From Nymphaea colorata (Eukaryota): 64,000 nucleotides of DNA. The stretch's first letter is position 1. Every line of letters starts with the position of its first letter. The stretch covers positions 17,050,001 through 17,114,000 of the forward strand of contig NC_045138.2 of assembly GCF_008831285.2 (NCBI RefSeq). Direction: 5' to 3'. Positions 38,384 to 51,955 of this stretch are shown in pieces. The position numbers were made by a program, and so were the translations under genes. The notes under the pieces were generated by a model that did not search any database, was not told where the DNA came from, and was given only the letters and a program-made list of their open reading frames with translations.

Positions 38384-39347
38384 GATGATATTGCTGCAGG
38401 AGAGGAGAGGGGAGGTGGGTGTTTCTCATAACACAGAGAAGCACCTGCCACTCATCTCTCTCAGTTGAATTAAGATGGAGCAGGAAGGCTGATTGAATGA
38501 ATGACAGACAGCTTCTCCTGGCTCCTCCTTCTTGCTTCCCCTCTATTCCTCTCTCTTTCCGTGTGTGCTGGGCGTCTCCGGCCTTGCTTTTCTTCTCTTT
38601 TCTGTTTCCCGTTTAGCCTTTACATTGACAACACGCGTGTGTAAGGACGAAAGGTACAAAAGCCAGGGGGGCCACTGCACGGAAACGGAAGCATCCACCA
38701 TCATCGACTCGAGTATGCCAATAGGTGATTTCATCGTCAACCTCTCTATAGATATCCCTCCCTCTGTGCAGCATCATGAGACTGAGACATCCTAGACTGG
38801 TTCGTTTTCAGTGTCTCCTTCTTTGCGGTTGGCAACAACCGACAATGTCAATTGGTGACGTCCCAATTATTCTTTCTTTTGTCAGGAACATATGTTCTTT
38901 GTGATATTCAATATGAATAGCAAAAGTTCGAAATGGTTGAAAGCTTGTTGAATTTGAAACAATCTAAAGATAGGAATTCAAAATGTTTAGGGAACCAATA
39001 ATTAAGTTGTTTTGATCCAAACACGACCATCAGATTTCTTTTTTTTTTTCTTCAGACTTTTACCGTTAATGGCTCATAATTTCCAAATTTTACACAATCG
39101 AAGACCCTTATAGAACATTTAAGTATCTTTGCAAAAACGGATTTAGAAAACGACATCTCTATATCGTCTTCAAATTAGTACTCCCTGTGAGCCAGATGAG
39201 AACCATCATAACTTAATTATTGTTCTTGACGTATACAAAGTAAACGTCGATTTGAGATTAAAGGAGACTTCACTATTGACGTACATATAAATATTACATA
39301 AAGTGCAGAGATTAATCATAATTTGCCGGAACTTACGTTGTCGATTG

Positions 39348-39586
39348 AGGGCGTGTTTGATAGCTTTAGATCTCAAATCTGAGGTTGATCTGAAATTTCT
39401 TTTTATATGGGGCACACGGTATAAACAAACCAGGTTCCGCCATTACATGAAAGACAAGCTTTAAGGTCCTCAATTTATGACTAAAAACTTAGGTTTGATG
39501 TTGGACATGAGAGGGTTCTGACCTTAAATCCATGATATGAATCTAAGATTCACAATGATCTCAAATCACCACTATCAATCGCCCTG
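39348..39586. mobile_element. Tourist-like MITE (degenerate)
   Basis: Imperfect TIR AGGGCGTGTTTGATAG / CTATCAATCGCCCT with inverted internal GATCTCAAATC-like motifs. Confidence 0.45.
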
Positions 39587-40552
39587 GGATTGGTGTTATT
39601 AAGTACATGGCCGTGCACTGGGCCATTGAACGCACCAAAATAGTGGCGTTAAATTTTTAAGTTATTTTTCATTTAGCATGCTTTACATGTTAAGGAGAAA
39701 CCGAAAAGGCTTTCTCAACCTCTCAACGTACCCTGTTTCCATTGAGAAACCTTCTTAGTTGGTGGTGGAGCTATGTTGTGGCTGCTGTAAGGGATTCGAT
39801 TGTTCACACCAACCTAGAAATTTTACTTTATTTATATATAGATATTTTATTAATTTTCAATTTTTTATATATTAATGTTTCTTAAAATATCAAATTTAAA
39901 GTAATGGTACCCTTAAGTAGAAATTTTCGGTTCAGCACTGTTATTAACCTCTCAAACTCTCTCCCTCCGGCGAGCACATTGGCACCGAAGACCCGCTTTT
40001 TCTCCGGCTAATACACCGGTGGGCAGCAAGCCACCAGACTATAGATCCATATAAAACCCCGATTATTTGTTATCACAGATCGAGATAACACATTAATGTG
40101 ATAGCCAAAATAGGACAGTAGATCGTTCGAAGACATCAAGAAAGGTATCGACCTCCTTTTCAGCTCCCTCTCATCCTCATTTTCATCTCCACTTACACCA
40201 TCATTTTGATTGTGGGCTATATGGAAAAAATAATTTTGGTTTTCTTTCTCTCTAAACCGAGAGAAAGGGTCGCATTTTTTCGTCCTTCTCTCCACTGTGT
40301 GGCTAGAGAGAGGGCAACGCTGTCTCTTCCCTGCCCCTCTTTATATTTTAGTTGGTTCAATCATTTTTGTTTCCTTTGGAAATTTGATACTTTCAGGTGA
40401 TTAAGGTTAGATGTACATGACGAAGGTTAGGCCAGGCAAGTGCTATTTCACACTTCATTTGGTTTCATTCCTCCGAAGATCAGAGGATTTTACATTTCGT
40501 TCATGGTGATCCGACTTTCTTGTCATCAGTATGAGCCAGAGGGTATAATCAG

Positions 40553-43500
40553 ATGATGCATTCCATGACCTCTACAAAACGCCCGTTCACATCCACCCAA
40601 TTTGGTTGTCTCGCCCTCTCCTTGCTTCTCCTAGCTTCAACCTTCATCTACATTTATAGCTCATTCCTCTCTGGTTTCTCAACCAAATTTCCCAATAACC
40701 CTCAGATTCTCAGTAAATATCGTGATTCCCACTTTCGACAACCTTCTAATGCCACCAATAATAAGATTCACATTCTTTCCTGCGATTACCAGAGAGGTAA
40801 ATGGGTTTATGATCCAGACAGGGTGCCCAGATACGGGAAAGACTGCCCCTTCCACCGAAGTGCTTGGAATTGCATCAAGAATGGGAGAGAAGACATGGAT
40901 AGGATCAATTCGTGGAGGTGGGTGCCTTGGGATTGCAATCTGCCGGGCATTAATCCTGAGGATTTTCTGAATTTGATGAAGGACAGGAGAATTGGTTTCA
41001 TAGGGGACTCACTGAACGAGAATTTCTTGGTCGCACTCCTTTGTACGCTCCATGTGGCAGACAGGGGAGCTAAGAAATGGAAAAGGAAAGGGGCTTGGAG
41101 GGGAGGATATTTCCCCAAGTACAATGTGACCGTGGGATACCATCGTGCTGTTTTGCTTGCAAGATATGAGTAAGTGAACTTCTTTTGGTTTGCATACAAG
41201 TGAATTTCTTACGCTCTTGGATTTAATTTGGTTGGTGTCTTGTTTGAGGCTTCAAAAATCAATATATTTCATGGGAAGGCATGAGTGCGATATATATATC
41301 TGTGTGTGTGTGGTCTTCTATCTGCATCTGTTCGTGTATACACCTAGTGTCTATATTCTTATGTGTACTTTTCCTGTATATACGTTCTTTTTCGTATCGT
41401 TTTGGTCTTAGTTGACTGACTTGGGCTGTTTCAAACTGATCAGTCCTGACTAATTCCAACTAGTTTTTGAGGGCCTTGAATGAATAGAGAACCAAAATAA
41501 TAGAGATGTGTTTTGAGAGTTCATCACAAAAGAGACGAGGATTGTGAGAGTGTCAGATTACTACACAGGAAAGTCTAATGCCAAGAACATCAGAAAGACA
41601 CCACATTTATGAATGGGGTAACCACGAGAAGTTTGATCTTTGAGCTCCCATAACAAGCAGATAATAGAGTAAAAACAAGAGATCTGTGCGTGCACAGCCA
41701 TGAGAATGGACCTTTCCTTTTCCTTTTGAATTGAGGGTGAACCCTGACCACCAAGCATAAGGCAGACAACATCGAGGAAAAGTTCAAGCAACAGGATGGC
41801 CGGATTGGGACTTGTCCCAGGGTTTTCAACTTGACAGCTTTCACGTTCCCTTCCTACCACCTGCGGTGATTGAGAGATGAGAAATGATTAATTTTGTGAG
41901 ATTGAGGGCCAAGAATAGAAGAATCAAATGACAAAAATAGGAAGTTGAAAAATCACCATATTTGTGATTAGTTAGTTATAAATCATTTTGTATTGACGGA
42001 AAGCTTTGATATGTGACCCAATAAATGAAGACCGAGTTTCTCTTCGAGAAGTATAGGTTGCTAGGGGTTTTGATATCATGAACAGAGAGGCATGGTTCCT
42101 GATAATGGTAATCATAACAGATAGTAGACAGACCAATGTGAAGTTAGGTAAAAGGCAGGTAACAGGAGGAGATGTCCTATGCAGACACTTTGTATATCTT
42201 TCCATTGACGGCTATTGATGAATGGAGTATTTGGTTGGAGAGTGTGGAGCAATAGATACCGTGACAGACATCTTAAGTTCTTAACAAAGGTTTTCTAAAC
42301 TGTGAATATTCCTACATGTAAACTCAAGCATGCATTTGAATAACTGTCTGACTGATTCTTTGAGATGAAATGTCCAATCGGAGTCAGTGTTGTCATGTAA
42401 TTGTTGGATACTTCTTTGTTGGTGCCAAGGCTAACTAAAGGACTGTCTCACTATACTTATTTGAAACATAGCCACAAATATCCTTCAAGGCTGCAAGGAA
42501 TAAACTTCTCATTCTGTCTTAACTTCTCTGTGACATTTTTCTTGATTTTTTTTTCCCCGAAAGGTGGCTTTCCTTGAAAAATGTGAACTATTTTTCTAAA
42601 TTTAAAATGTAAAAGAAAAAGAATCACATCCTTGAGTGGGCTCCAACCACCGAGCATATACGAAAACAGCACCATGGAAAAGAAGATTAGTAACTTTTAT
42701 TGATTGGGTCCACAGTAAAGTACATAAGAATATACAGCAACATAATATATATAGTTATCGTCAAAATTGTATGTTTTGTCCAGTGATCTGTTTTTGAACC
42801 CAAAAATCAATCAAGTGGAGAAGGTATAAAATGTATTGAATAAAAACAATATTAATGACAAATTAAACCTAAAATTTTATCTTGTTTCTTTTCAAAAATA
42901 TCACAACATAGATGAGATTTATCATTTATGCCTATGCTTTAAATGTCTTTCTATGTTGAGTGGAGTACATGTGGTGCTTTTGATAATGTGTACAATAGCT
43001 ACTTATTCTATTGTTGTAAAATGTGTAACATAACGTCTATCAGCCAGGTCCAAAGTTAGATGTAATGTAACTTAACATAGAAAATCATAAATTCAGTTTT
43101 TTAACATTAAAAAATATAAGGAATAAAAAGTTGGAAAATGCAAAATAATAAAATAATAAGAGAAAAAATACAAAAAAATTCTCTATATGAAAAACATGAA
43201 TTGCATAAAATAATATGTATATTCTACCTGCTACATTCTCCTGTTCATTAGAAATAATCAAAATCGACCAGTTTGATTACTTCAAGTACCTAAATGGTTA
43301 TAAAATAAACAATCCTCTATTATGTCTAATTTACTCTGTGGAGTCTTAAAAGTTAAAACAACTTAACGATCACAAAATTTGACATTTTTTATGTTGGGGG
43401 ATGCATGATCTTTATATGAGAAACCATGAAAGCATTAATTTTATCACATGATACTCCTATATTTTATTTTTAATTTTAACTGTGTATGAAGGCCTTTCAT

Positions 43501-46500
43501 GGCAAACATATTCTTCAGTTATTTCAGCCTTAAGAAAGTTGTACAACTTTAAGTCCCAAAAGAGTGTCATTTTTTATGTTATCAAGGTCTGGCATAGTGT
43601 ACACTGTACACACTTACACCCCCTATTCTACCATAACATATAATATGGAAACTGGAAAGTGTACTGTAAGCATTACCATAAATATTGTTTTTTGGTTTTT
43701 TGTTGTTGAATATTTTTTTGTGTATTAATTGGAAGATTATTTTTCTCAAGAAAATTTTTGAGAATTTTAAAAGTTAAAAAATAATAGAATGCAATATGAA
43801 AATTTGAATTTTCTCTTTATTTTCTTTCAAAAAATTAGTCAACATTCAAAATCTTTAATAATATGTTAAAAGCTTCAAAAAAAATAAAAAATATTAAACA
43901 TCATCTTGTAGAAATACAAATAATGCAATAGAAGAGCGTGTGTTTCATTTTGGCATTTTTTAACATTGCAAAATTTTTTCCTGTTTTCCCATTTTTTGCA
44001 TTCTTTTTTGAAGAAAACAGCAACATTGTGACAAGGGTTGTAAGTTACATCTTATAGTGTATACTACACTTTAAAATATTTTCATGGTTTATATTTTTAT
44101 GGTTATGTAACATATTGTATGATACACTGCATTACATATAACAATTGCTTAATGGTGTTGCATCATACATTATGCAATATACAGAAGTCTGTCAATGGAT
44201 GTGTAATGCACATGGTGCAAACCACTTTCACTGCTACTAGGTAGCAATTGAATTTTCATCTTATCTATTCTCACTTTATTGTGATTTTCATAATTTGTTT
44301 TCTCCTTGTATATCCAAAACTATTTTGTGTTCATATTGAAATATATCCTCACATTCTTTCTGATGATGTAAAGGTGGCAGTCATCAAGAACTTCGAACCC
44401 TCCTGTACAAGATGGATTGATGGGGTTCTACAAAGTGGATGTGGACACTCCTGCTGATGATTGGATAAATGTGCCAAAATTCTATGATGTCCTGGTGTTT
44501 AATACTGGCCATTGGTAATTTTCTTTAACCTTTTCATGTTAACCTTCTTGTATGTATGCATGGAAAATGCCCTTTGAAAAACTTTTTAGATAGGTGATGC
44601 TAATGACTCTAGTCAAAATAAGATTATAAAACAATACCGCACTGGCTTGAATGTTTTTTATGTGTGGACCATAATAAGCCGCTTAAGATAATCAAACAGA
44701 CTGAAACACAAGGCAGTGCATATTTTCTGTGTATATATTCTAGATAAAAATGTGGAGTATTTGGAACCATTTGGTTCCATGCTTTATTTTGGCATTCAAT
44801 GGCTAGTAGCTTATAGTTACATACCTGCACTCATTTTTAAATGAAGCAACAGTTTTTCGATAAATTATGAGTTTTTACGTCTAGGTGTGGTAGAAACTTG
44901 TGGCTGTTTGCCTGTTTAAAATGTCATGTTGCACCTTGTGTGCCTGTTTGAAAGGGATTCAAGTGTAGGTTGTTGAGCAATTCAATTCTTGCTGCTTTCT
45001 GTTACTAGATTAATGTATTAGGTGGCTTTATATAAATTTACCCCTTGAATCAATTCATCACTTCTTGCAGCTTTCTACTCAAGCACTCGACTTTTTCAAT
45101 TTTATGGTTGTCTCATGCTGAGCCTTCATGATTGATTATGCATGTAGGCAATGCTTTTTGTGCAGAAAGAAGAAAGAAGGAAAAAAAGGGAAGGTGGGTT
45201 TGGAAGTGGGGCTGGGGAAGAGAGGAAAGAATGGTGTTATTTATCTTTAAGCTATATGGGTGAATGTTCTTTTTACCAACAACCTGAAAAAATTCTTGTC
45301 AAAAAAGATGGTTAGAAATCAAGTGGGAATGAGGTTCCATGGGTTACCTATGGTTTAATGGTTGTGATTGTTGTTGCGAACTTGTGGAATAAAAGTTGTA
45401 AAACCAATGGAATACATGTATAAAAGATTCATTATATAAATTGGGAAATTTCATTCTAAATGTCATATAGCTTCTTCCTCAAACTGATGTGAATTTAAAT
45501 TAGTTTCAACTTTCAAGAAACGAAAAAGCAAAATCAATTACTCGAAGAACATTATGGGAGGGAGTGTACTGGTAGCTTCTGGATGCCATAACCTTAGAAA
45601 GGCCTTGTTGGGGCATAGGCGGACAAAAGCAAAGGGAGGAGAAAAGAGAAGAAACGTATTCCTGATATCACTTTTGTGGCCTTCTATAAGAAAATTCCAG
45701 GGCGATATGGAGTCAGCACCCATAACAATATAATTGGTTCATAAATCATGTTGCTGAATCTATTAGTGTCATCCTTAAATGGTCATTTCTTTTCCAACAA
45801 GTTTCAGAAACCATAGTCTTTGTTCTCATTCTTGTGACGGATCACTATGTGAAGATATTTCCAAAGGCCGGAGAACAAAGACTATGGTTTCTGAAATAGC
45901 ACGGTTGAGTGCAGAAACCATAGTCTTAATAATCTTTCACAAAGAGCACGGTTAAGTGCAGAAACCATAGTCTTAATATTAATAATCTTTCACAAAGAGC
46001 ACTGTTGAATGCAGAAAGCCGTAAATGCAAGCATAAAAATAGATATTTTATTCATTACAAAATTCTTAAAAAACATAGTTATAAGCTAGGTGAAGACCCC
46101 AATATATACATCTCATGAAGACTGAGCGAGCCATTTGGAGCTAGCTGCTGGCTAGTTCGGCTGGTTAATATTTTGTTGACTGGAAAATAAAGCAACTAAA
46201 AATACATGATGACTACTATGCCCATGCTCACAGAGACACACATTCTAACACACTGTCTTTAGTGATGGGCTGGTCGATCTACATTACTTTCATAAGTAGA
46301 GAGTTTGTTTCTTTTCTTTTAGTTTCTCAGGAATTTCAGTAGGCTATGGAGATTTGTTCAGTTCGCAATGCATCTGAAGTCGCCATCTTTATTGCTTAAA
46401 TTGCGTTAAAGAAAATTTATTTGATTTGAGCTATCCTTCACATTATTTACTTTATAGCTTTCATAGAAACATTTGTATACGGTCCAGGATTCCTCCTTTG

Positions 46501-47232
46501 TTTAAGCAATGACAAGCTTTTTAGCCGTTTCATTGCACGTACAGTTATTATGGTGGACTCTAACTGTGCATGATAACGACTGATATGAAGTGATGACCAT
46601 CTTAGCTATTGGCGTTGTGATTCAGGTGGGGAAAGGACAAATTTCCAGATGACAAACCACTCATATTTTACAAAAAAGGTGACCAGATACTTCCACACCT
46701 TAATATAAGAGATGGGCTCGAGGAAGTTCTCAAAAATATGATTCCTTACATTCAAAGAGAAGTTCCTAAAAGGGTCCTCAAGTTTTGGCGCACACAGTCT
46801 CCAAGACATTTTTATGGTGGTGAATGGAACAAAAATGGTAGTTGTTTACTCAAGAATCCTCTTGGCGAGGACCAGGTATAATTTGATATATTTTTTTTTT
46901 CTTCGATTACCGTATGCGATTTTTGGCTTAACAATTTGATGTATCACCAGATTGAAGCTTGGTTCAATCCAAAGAATAATGGGGTGAACAGAGAAGCAAG
47001 AGAAGTGAATTCTATTATCAGGCAGAGTTTGCTAGACTCAAATATCCGCTTGCTTGATCTGACTCATTTGAGTGAGTTCAGAGCAGATGCTCATCCCGCA
47101 ATTTGGTTGGGAAGACAAGATGCAGTGTCCATATGGGGTCAGGATTGCATGCACTGGTGCTTGCCTGGAGTTCCGGACACATGGGTTGATATTCTCGCAG
47201 CACTGATTAAGGACAGTTTTGAGAAGGGGTGA
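40553..47232 (+). CDS. Trichome birefringence-like (TBL/DUF231) polysaccharide O-acetyltransferase, TBL12-like, 4 exons
   Basis: Exons 40553-41169, 44374-44514, 46626-46875, 46951-47232, phase-consistent. N-terminal TM helix, Cys motifs CDYQRGKWV/CPFH..WNC, GDS motif (FIGDSLNEN), FNTGHWW and catalytic DCMHWCLPGVPDTW. Confidence 0.94.
45802..45896. repeat. Perfect 26-bp inverted repeat with 43-nt loop in TBL intron 2
   Basis: TTTCAGAAACCATAGTCTTTGTTCTC (45802-45827) is the exact reverse complement of 45871-45896. Confidence 0.95.
45898..46017. repeat. Tandem repeat (~47-53 bp, about 2.4 copies) sharing the CAGAAACCATAGTCTT core with the adjacent hairpin
   Basis: AGCACGGTT(G/A)AGTGCAGAAACCATAGTCTTAATA... 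begins at 45898, 45945 and partially at 45998. Confidence 0.9.
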
Positions 47233-50200
47233 TATATCTCTACCTTCTGTTGGTGGATTACTGTCATCCCTATGTAGTGGAGAAGCAAAGCGAGTCATCC
47301 AGTTTTCAACCCTCAAGCAACTTCCAGCTACCTAAGATGCTAATAATTTTGTTTTATTGTATTTCATTTTTTTGGATTTACCATCTTGTCAGGGTTGAAA
47401 GTTGCCTGTTAGTTTGAAAAGCTCAAAAGAAGATGACTGTCATAGTTACTACTTCAGCCATTGGGGATGATTGAGGGTATGAATCTGTCAATACTTTCAT
47501 CAAAGAGGCAGTTCACCTTAAGTTGAGGATGGATTTGGCAAGAATCACGTGGCTATGGCAGGAAGCCAGTGTTTGTTGAAGTTGAGCTTCTGATAGCTTG
47601 CTCGCTCCAGCTTAGTCGTTGCTAGAAATTAAGAATTATTTTTAGTCATTATGTTGCGTGGTGTGTACCATTTTTGCATCTCATGGAGGTATTCCCACGT
47701 TGTGGTCGAAAGCTTTTGTTCCTTCAGTAAGGTTCGGTCTAAAAAGAAGAGAAAAAAATGTTCCTGGGTTGCATTCGGCACACAAGCATGTATACATTAA
47801 TATGTATGCATGTTCCTCTGTTGTCCAGATCTAATGTTGCAAAGAAACATAGTTTCCCTATTCGTTCTATCAGAAGCAGGGCCATGTCACCCCGCGACGG
47901 CCTTTGAGCTTACTAATCCACGATTCACTGTGCCTGATGCGTAACAGTAATCTGAACTGATCTACAAGAAATTGGAAGGCGCTAACAAGATGTCTCCTGT
48001 GTTGTAACATCTGAAAATAAATGGGTTCTTTCCTCCCGTTTACTTTTTTATAGAGCTCAATGGCCTTTTTCCAATGAAATGAATTAAGTACTCTTAGAAG
48101 AAGAAGATTAACTACAAAGATACATTGATAATTTCAATGAGATAAACCCATTTATACGAGTTCACAGCTGTGGGAAGATCCTGACTTTAGTTGAAATAGC
48201 GGAAAAATATGGCTTTTCTAAGTGTGAACGTTGGACGGGCTCGACAGTGCAGAAAGGCAGAAATGGATTTCGGAATTGCTCATGCGTCAGAAAGATAGTT
48301 GCACGTACTCACACAGATTCAAATATGTTTTCGAGACAGATGAAACAACAATTAGGCGAAGATTTAACGTTGTGCATTAAGCACTACAGAAAGGTAATTT
48401 TCACGTTTAAAAGTGTTTTCAAGAGACGAAGCATCAATTACGTGACGCCTCATGTTGCAATGGTTCAAGTAAAAGCAAAATCACCTGCAAGTGTGAAAAT
48501 AGTTTCGGAAAGCACCAGGGTTTCTCTTGTGAACTTTGAAACTTGAGTGGTCTATGGTCATATTTCATAGGCTAGAAGTCATGTTGAGCCATGTTTTGTC
48601 ACCTGAATGTTTGTAATCGGTTAATCTTGAAACGCAGATCAACTTCTTAACCACCCCATGTGACCGAAGGCTCAAGTTCTTAGTTTCCTTTTCTCTGTTG
48701 GACGTTGAAGGAAACCCCAAAGTCGGTGCGGTTGAAACACTGAAACTGATAGTCTCGTCATTTTCTTGTGATCTTTTACGTGGGCATTTACGAAATTGGC
48801 TGACAGATGTATGGAAGACGCAGTTGTCGGTTGAATTGATTTTCTTTTCCGTAATTACGACTCTCTGTTGTAGATTGTCGTTGTTCTTCTTTATTATTTT
48901 CTTGATTTCTTCCTTACAATTGAACCTTTCTTGGTGTAGTAAGTTGGATTGAGAAGAATTGAATAGTAAAAAGACACGAGAAAAGAAGAAATGGATTGAT
49001 GAATGAAGCGCATATTTGTTTTGTTCTTTATTAACCTTCACCTGATCATAGTTGATCTTCAGGTAGGTGCCAAGAATCCTTTTTCTCGTACCCTTGAGAG
49101 AAACTTTCCAAGGAACAGGTCACTTAATGGGCTCGCGTAAGAGGTAAGTTTGTGGAGCCTCAAAAACTGACCGCAACACCATGAAAAATCTCAGAGTGCA
49201 AATTGGTATTACAGAACTTGATTTATGATAGCGTGAGTGCTCATCTATTGGTATAGCGGCAAACTTGATTAACATCAAGTTCACCTGTTGGTGGTGGTGG
49301 TGGTATCAGAGTGCAAATTGGTATAACGGCAAACTTGACTTACGGTTTCTATTCAAAACCAAGACCATTTTTAGCCATTCTGTCGGCAGCTTGCCTTCCA
49401 TCTACTCAGCCCCTCTCTGCACAACGAACATCCTCAAAACCTCCAAGAATCAGGACCAAAGCCCCATCAGCAGCCAGGCAACTGAGCTCCAGCGCCTTCT
49501 GCTGCAGCAGCAACCAGGACGCTAGGTTCGGGGCCAAGCTGAGGGCGCAGACTATGAAGCACAAGGTCTCCAGACTCTAGATAACGGAAGCCATGAAGAA
49601 GAGCAGGGCCCTTCTCTTTGACCCTGTGCGAGCACTCGGGCTCGAGAAAGGAGGATATGAGTAAGAAATGGGTGGGACTCAGACACTCGGTGAATCAGAG
49701 AAGACAGACTGCCACAAGAGTTCCATTGCAGAATGGGGCGCCTTTTTTCTGCCTCTCGTTGAAATCGGTAAGGGGAATGGTTAAGGAGCACGTCTGTGAA
49801 GGGATCATTATGTTGCTTAGTTCTGCAGACTGAAGGATTTTCTGGCTGTTCGCAGTACCTAGTTCCTTTTTTCCACCTTCAGTCATATTTGTGTACTTGA
49901 TATTTCATCTCTTTTGGTCTTTGATTTGTTTCGTTGGGCATCTTCAAGTGGGTCATTTACCATTGGGTTTATGTGTTCATTGGTTCGGGTAAGGATAAGA
50001 ATGCAAAAGGATAAGAATCCTGTCCTTTTTGGAGGGAGAGTGATCGAGTTTGGTGTTCAAATATTTGCTGTTGCATAACGACAGGCCCATGATATTATTT
50101 CTCGACGACGATTTGATTCTTTTCTTCTTTTCTTTTTCTATATGCTTCTGCCACTGCCACAATCAACAAACAGTTGATCCCTTCCGCAGTACTTTTTGAA

Positions 50201-50470
50201 TTCCGACCAGAAAGAAGTGATCTGCATTACCCTTGGAATCGATTGGTCTTGCTCATGTTCGGTAATATTTGATTTTTCTGGTCCCTTATGCATGAAATTA
50301 TTGCTTTCTGACAAGAAACAAAATCATAGTCTTTCTCTTGGAATTTGCTTGGTCCTGCTCATTTTAATTAGAATTTGATCCAACCATTCCCTTAGACTGA
50401 AGCTATTGGATTCTGACAGGAAAGGAAGTCGTAGTTACTTGCTGACAGTCTCATTGTATGTATGTTTGGC

Positions 50471-50505
<35 letters not shown>

Positions 50506-51654
50506 ATATTAAAAGTAGTATAAATAGTTGTTTTGCCGTAAACTGTCATTAATCTCTTACGTCAACACTTTTTAAGCAACAGATTTTTGACTTCTATCTA
50601 TCAGATGCCAACATATTTTAATTGCCTTATTTATCCTTTTACGTATAACGTTTGTGAATGTCGATTCTTTACCATCAAACTATTCGTGCTGCAAAGAGAC
50701 ATTGATTATCTTATGGCTCAAAAACACAACTAAATTTGAAAAATAGCTGATACAATATGTATCTTACTAAATCAATCCTAATATCACATCTATAAGATTA
50801 GATTGAATTAAAAAAAAAAATCACATGAAAGTATGCACCTTAAGGTTGTCTGTTTTCGTGCTTGAGCTGTGACATGAGAGAGAAAGAGAGAGAATTACAA
50901 CCAAAGGCTGAAGGATGGTGAGGAGAGAATAAAGGGGAGGTAGTGTGAATCAATCGTGAGATTCACTGGGAGCGGCTTTGTCTCCACACTGCTGTTGCAG
51001 TTGATCCCCACAAGCTGCTACAGTTGGTTTTGAGCATTGATTCATATTCAGAAGATGCTTTTCAATGATTGAAAACATCTCCTATGCAACTTGGCGTTTC
51101 AGCATCAGTGGCTTTTATTTTCCCCTTTTTCTTTTTGTTCAGCCAGCTGCTTTAGGTGGGGTGGCAAGGAATTAAAAAAAAAAAAAAGCTCATCTTCCAA
51201 CGGCTAACATATTCACACCTGAAAAAGCCTCTGCAAAGATCTGAAACGGGAATCTTCAAAGGAAAAAAGAAGAAAAGGAGAGGAAGAAGAGTGTTGTTGA
51301 GAGCAATAATTTCTCGAAAACATGTCTGAGTTTTAAAATAAGGTCTAAGTTGACTAGCCTTGAGGGGTTTAGCTAGGAGGCTGGGCCATGATTTTAGTGA
51401 TATGGACGCTTACCTCTTGTGTTAATCACCAACACATGTCAAGACCTTGGGAGCGAGGGAATGGCCATGAAGATTTTATATCCTGGGCGTGCAACCAAAT
51501 CTCTCGACTAGGAGAAATATCCTGCAAGTTGAACAAAAATGAATGTCTAATTGATTGAGCAAAGAGGGAAAAAAAATTTGGCCAGTTCTCTTGTTATATC
51601 ATTAAAATTCGGGCCTCTTTTCATGTAACTATTATCGATCAATATAAATACTAA

Positions 51655-51955
51655 GGTCCATTCCATTTCGACAAAAGACCTACACTCGAGCTCCTTAGCT
51701 TTGCGTCCGCTATCCTGATCATGATTTTCTTACCCCCAGAGGTAATAAAGGAAACGAAGGGGCCTTCCCCTTGAGCTCGGTTGTGGGTGAGGAGGGATTC
51801 GAACCCTCAACACCATGGTTCGTAGCCACATGAGCTACAGGCCCCACGTCGTCTCCACTGAATCTGTTCCTGGGAGTACCCTCCAAAAGAAACCTTTTCT
51901 CTCCTCAGTCATTTTATTTCAGATTAAGAAGATGTGGAAGCGCGTCTCTATGTAA
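51655..51955 (-). other. Nuclear insertion of plastid DNA (NUPT) from the inverted-repeat rrn5-trnR(ACG)-trnN region
   Basis: The tRNA-Arg(ACG) relic and both flanks (TTCGACAAAAGACC...GTCCGCTATCC.GATCATGATTTTC and GTCTCCACTG.ATCTGTTCC.GGGAGTACCCTC...TTAAGAAGATGTG) match my recollection of angiosperm plastid IR spacers. Boundaries approximate. Confidence 0.82.
51784..51844 (-). pseudogene. trnR-ACG: Plastid-derived trnR-ACG pseudogene (D-arm deleted)
   Basis: Minus strand reads GGGCCTGTAGCTCA-TGTGGCTACGAACCATGGTGTTGAGGGTTCGAATCCCTCCTCACCCA. Anticodon ACG at 51823-51821, T-loop GTTCGAATC, ~13 nt of the D-arm missing. Confidence 0.88.

Noticed and set aside
41560..42250. Coding-like stretch in TBL intron 1
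   Set aside because: Multiple stops in every frame examined and no motif I can assign; possibly an old transposon remnant.
48565..49041. 158-aa minus-strand ORF with an intron-like segment at its 5' end
   Set aside because: No ATG start, no recognisable domain, and no consistent multi-exon model.
51784..51844. Functional nuclear tRNA-Arg gene
   Set aside because: The D-arm is deleted and the flanks are plastid-like, so it is called a NUPT pseudogene.
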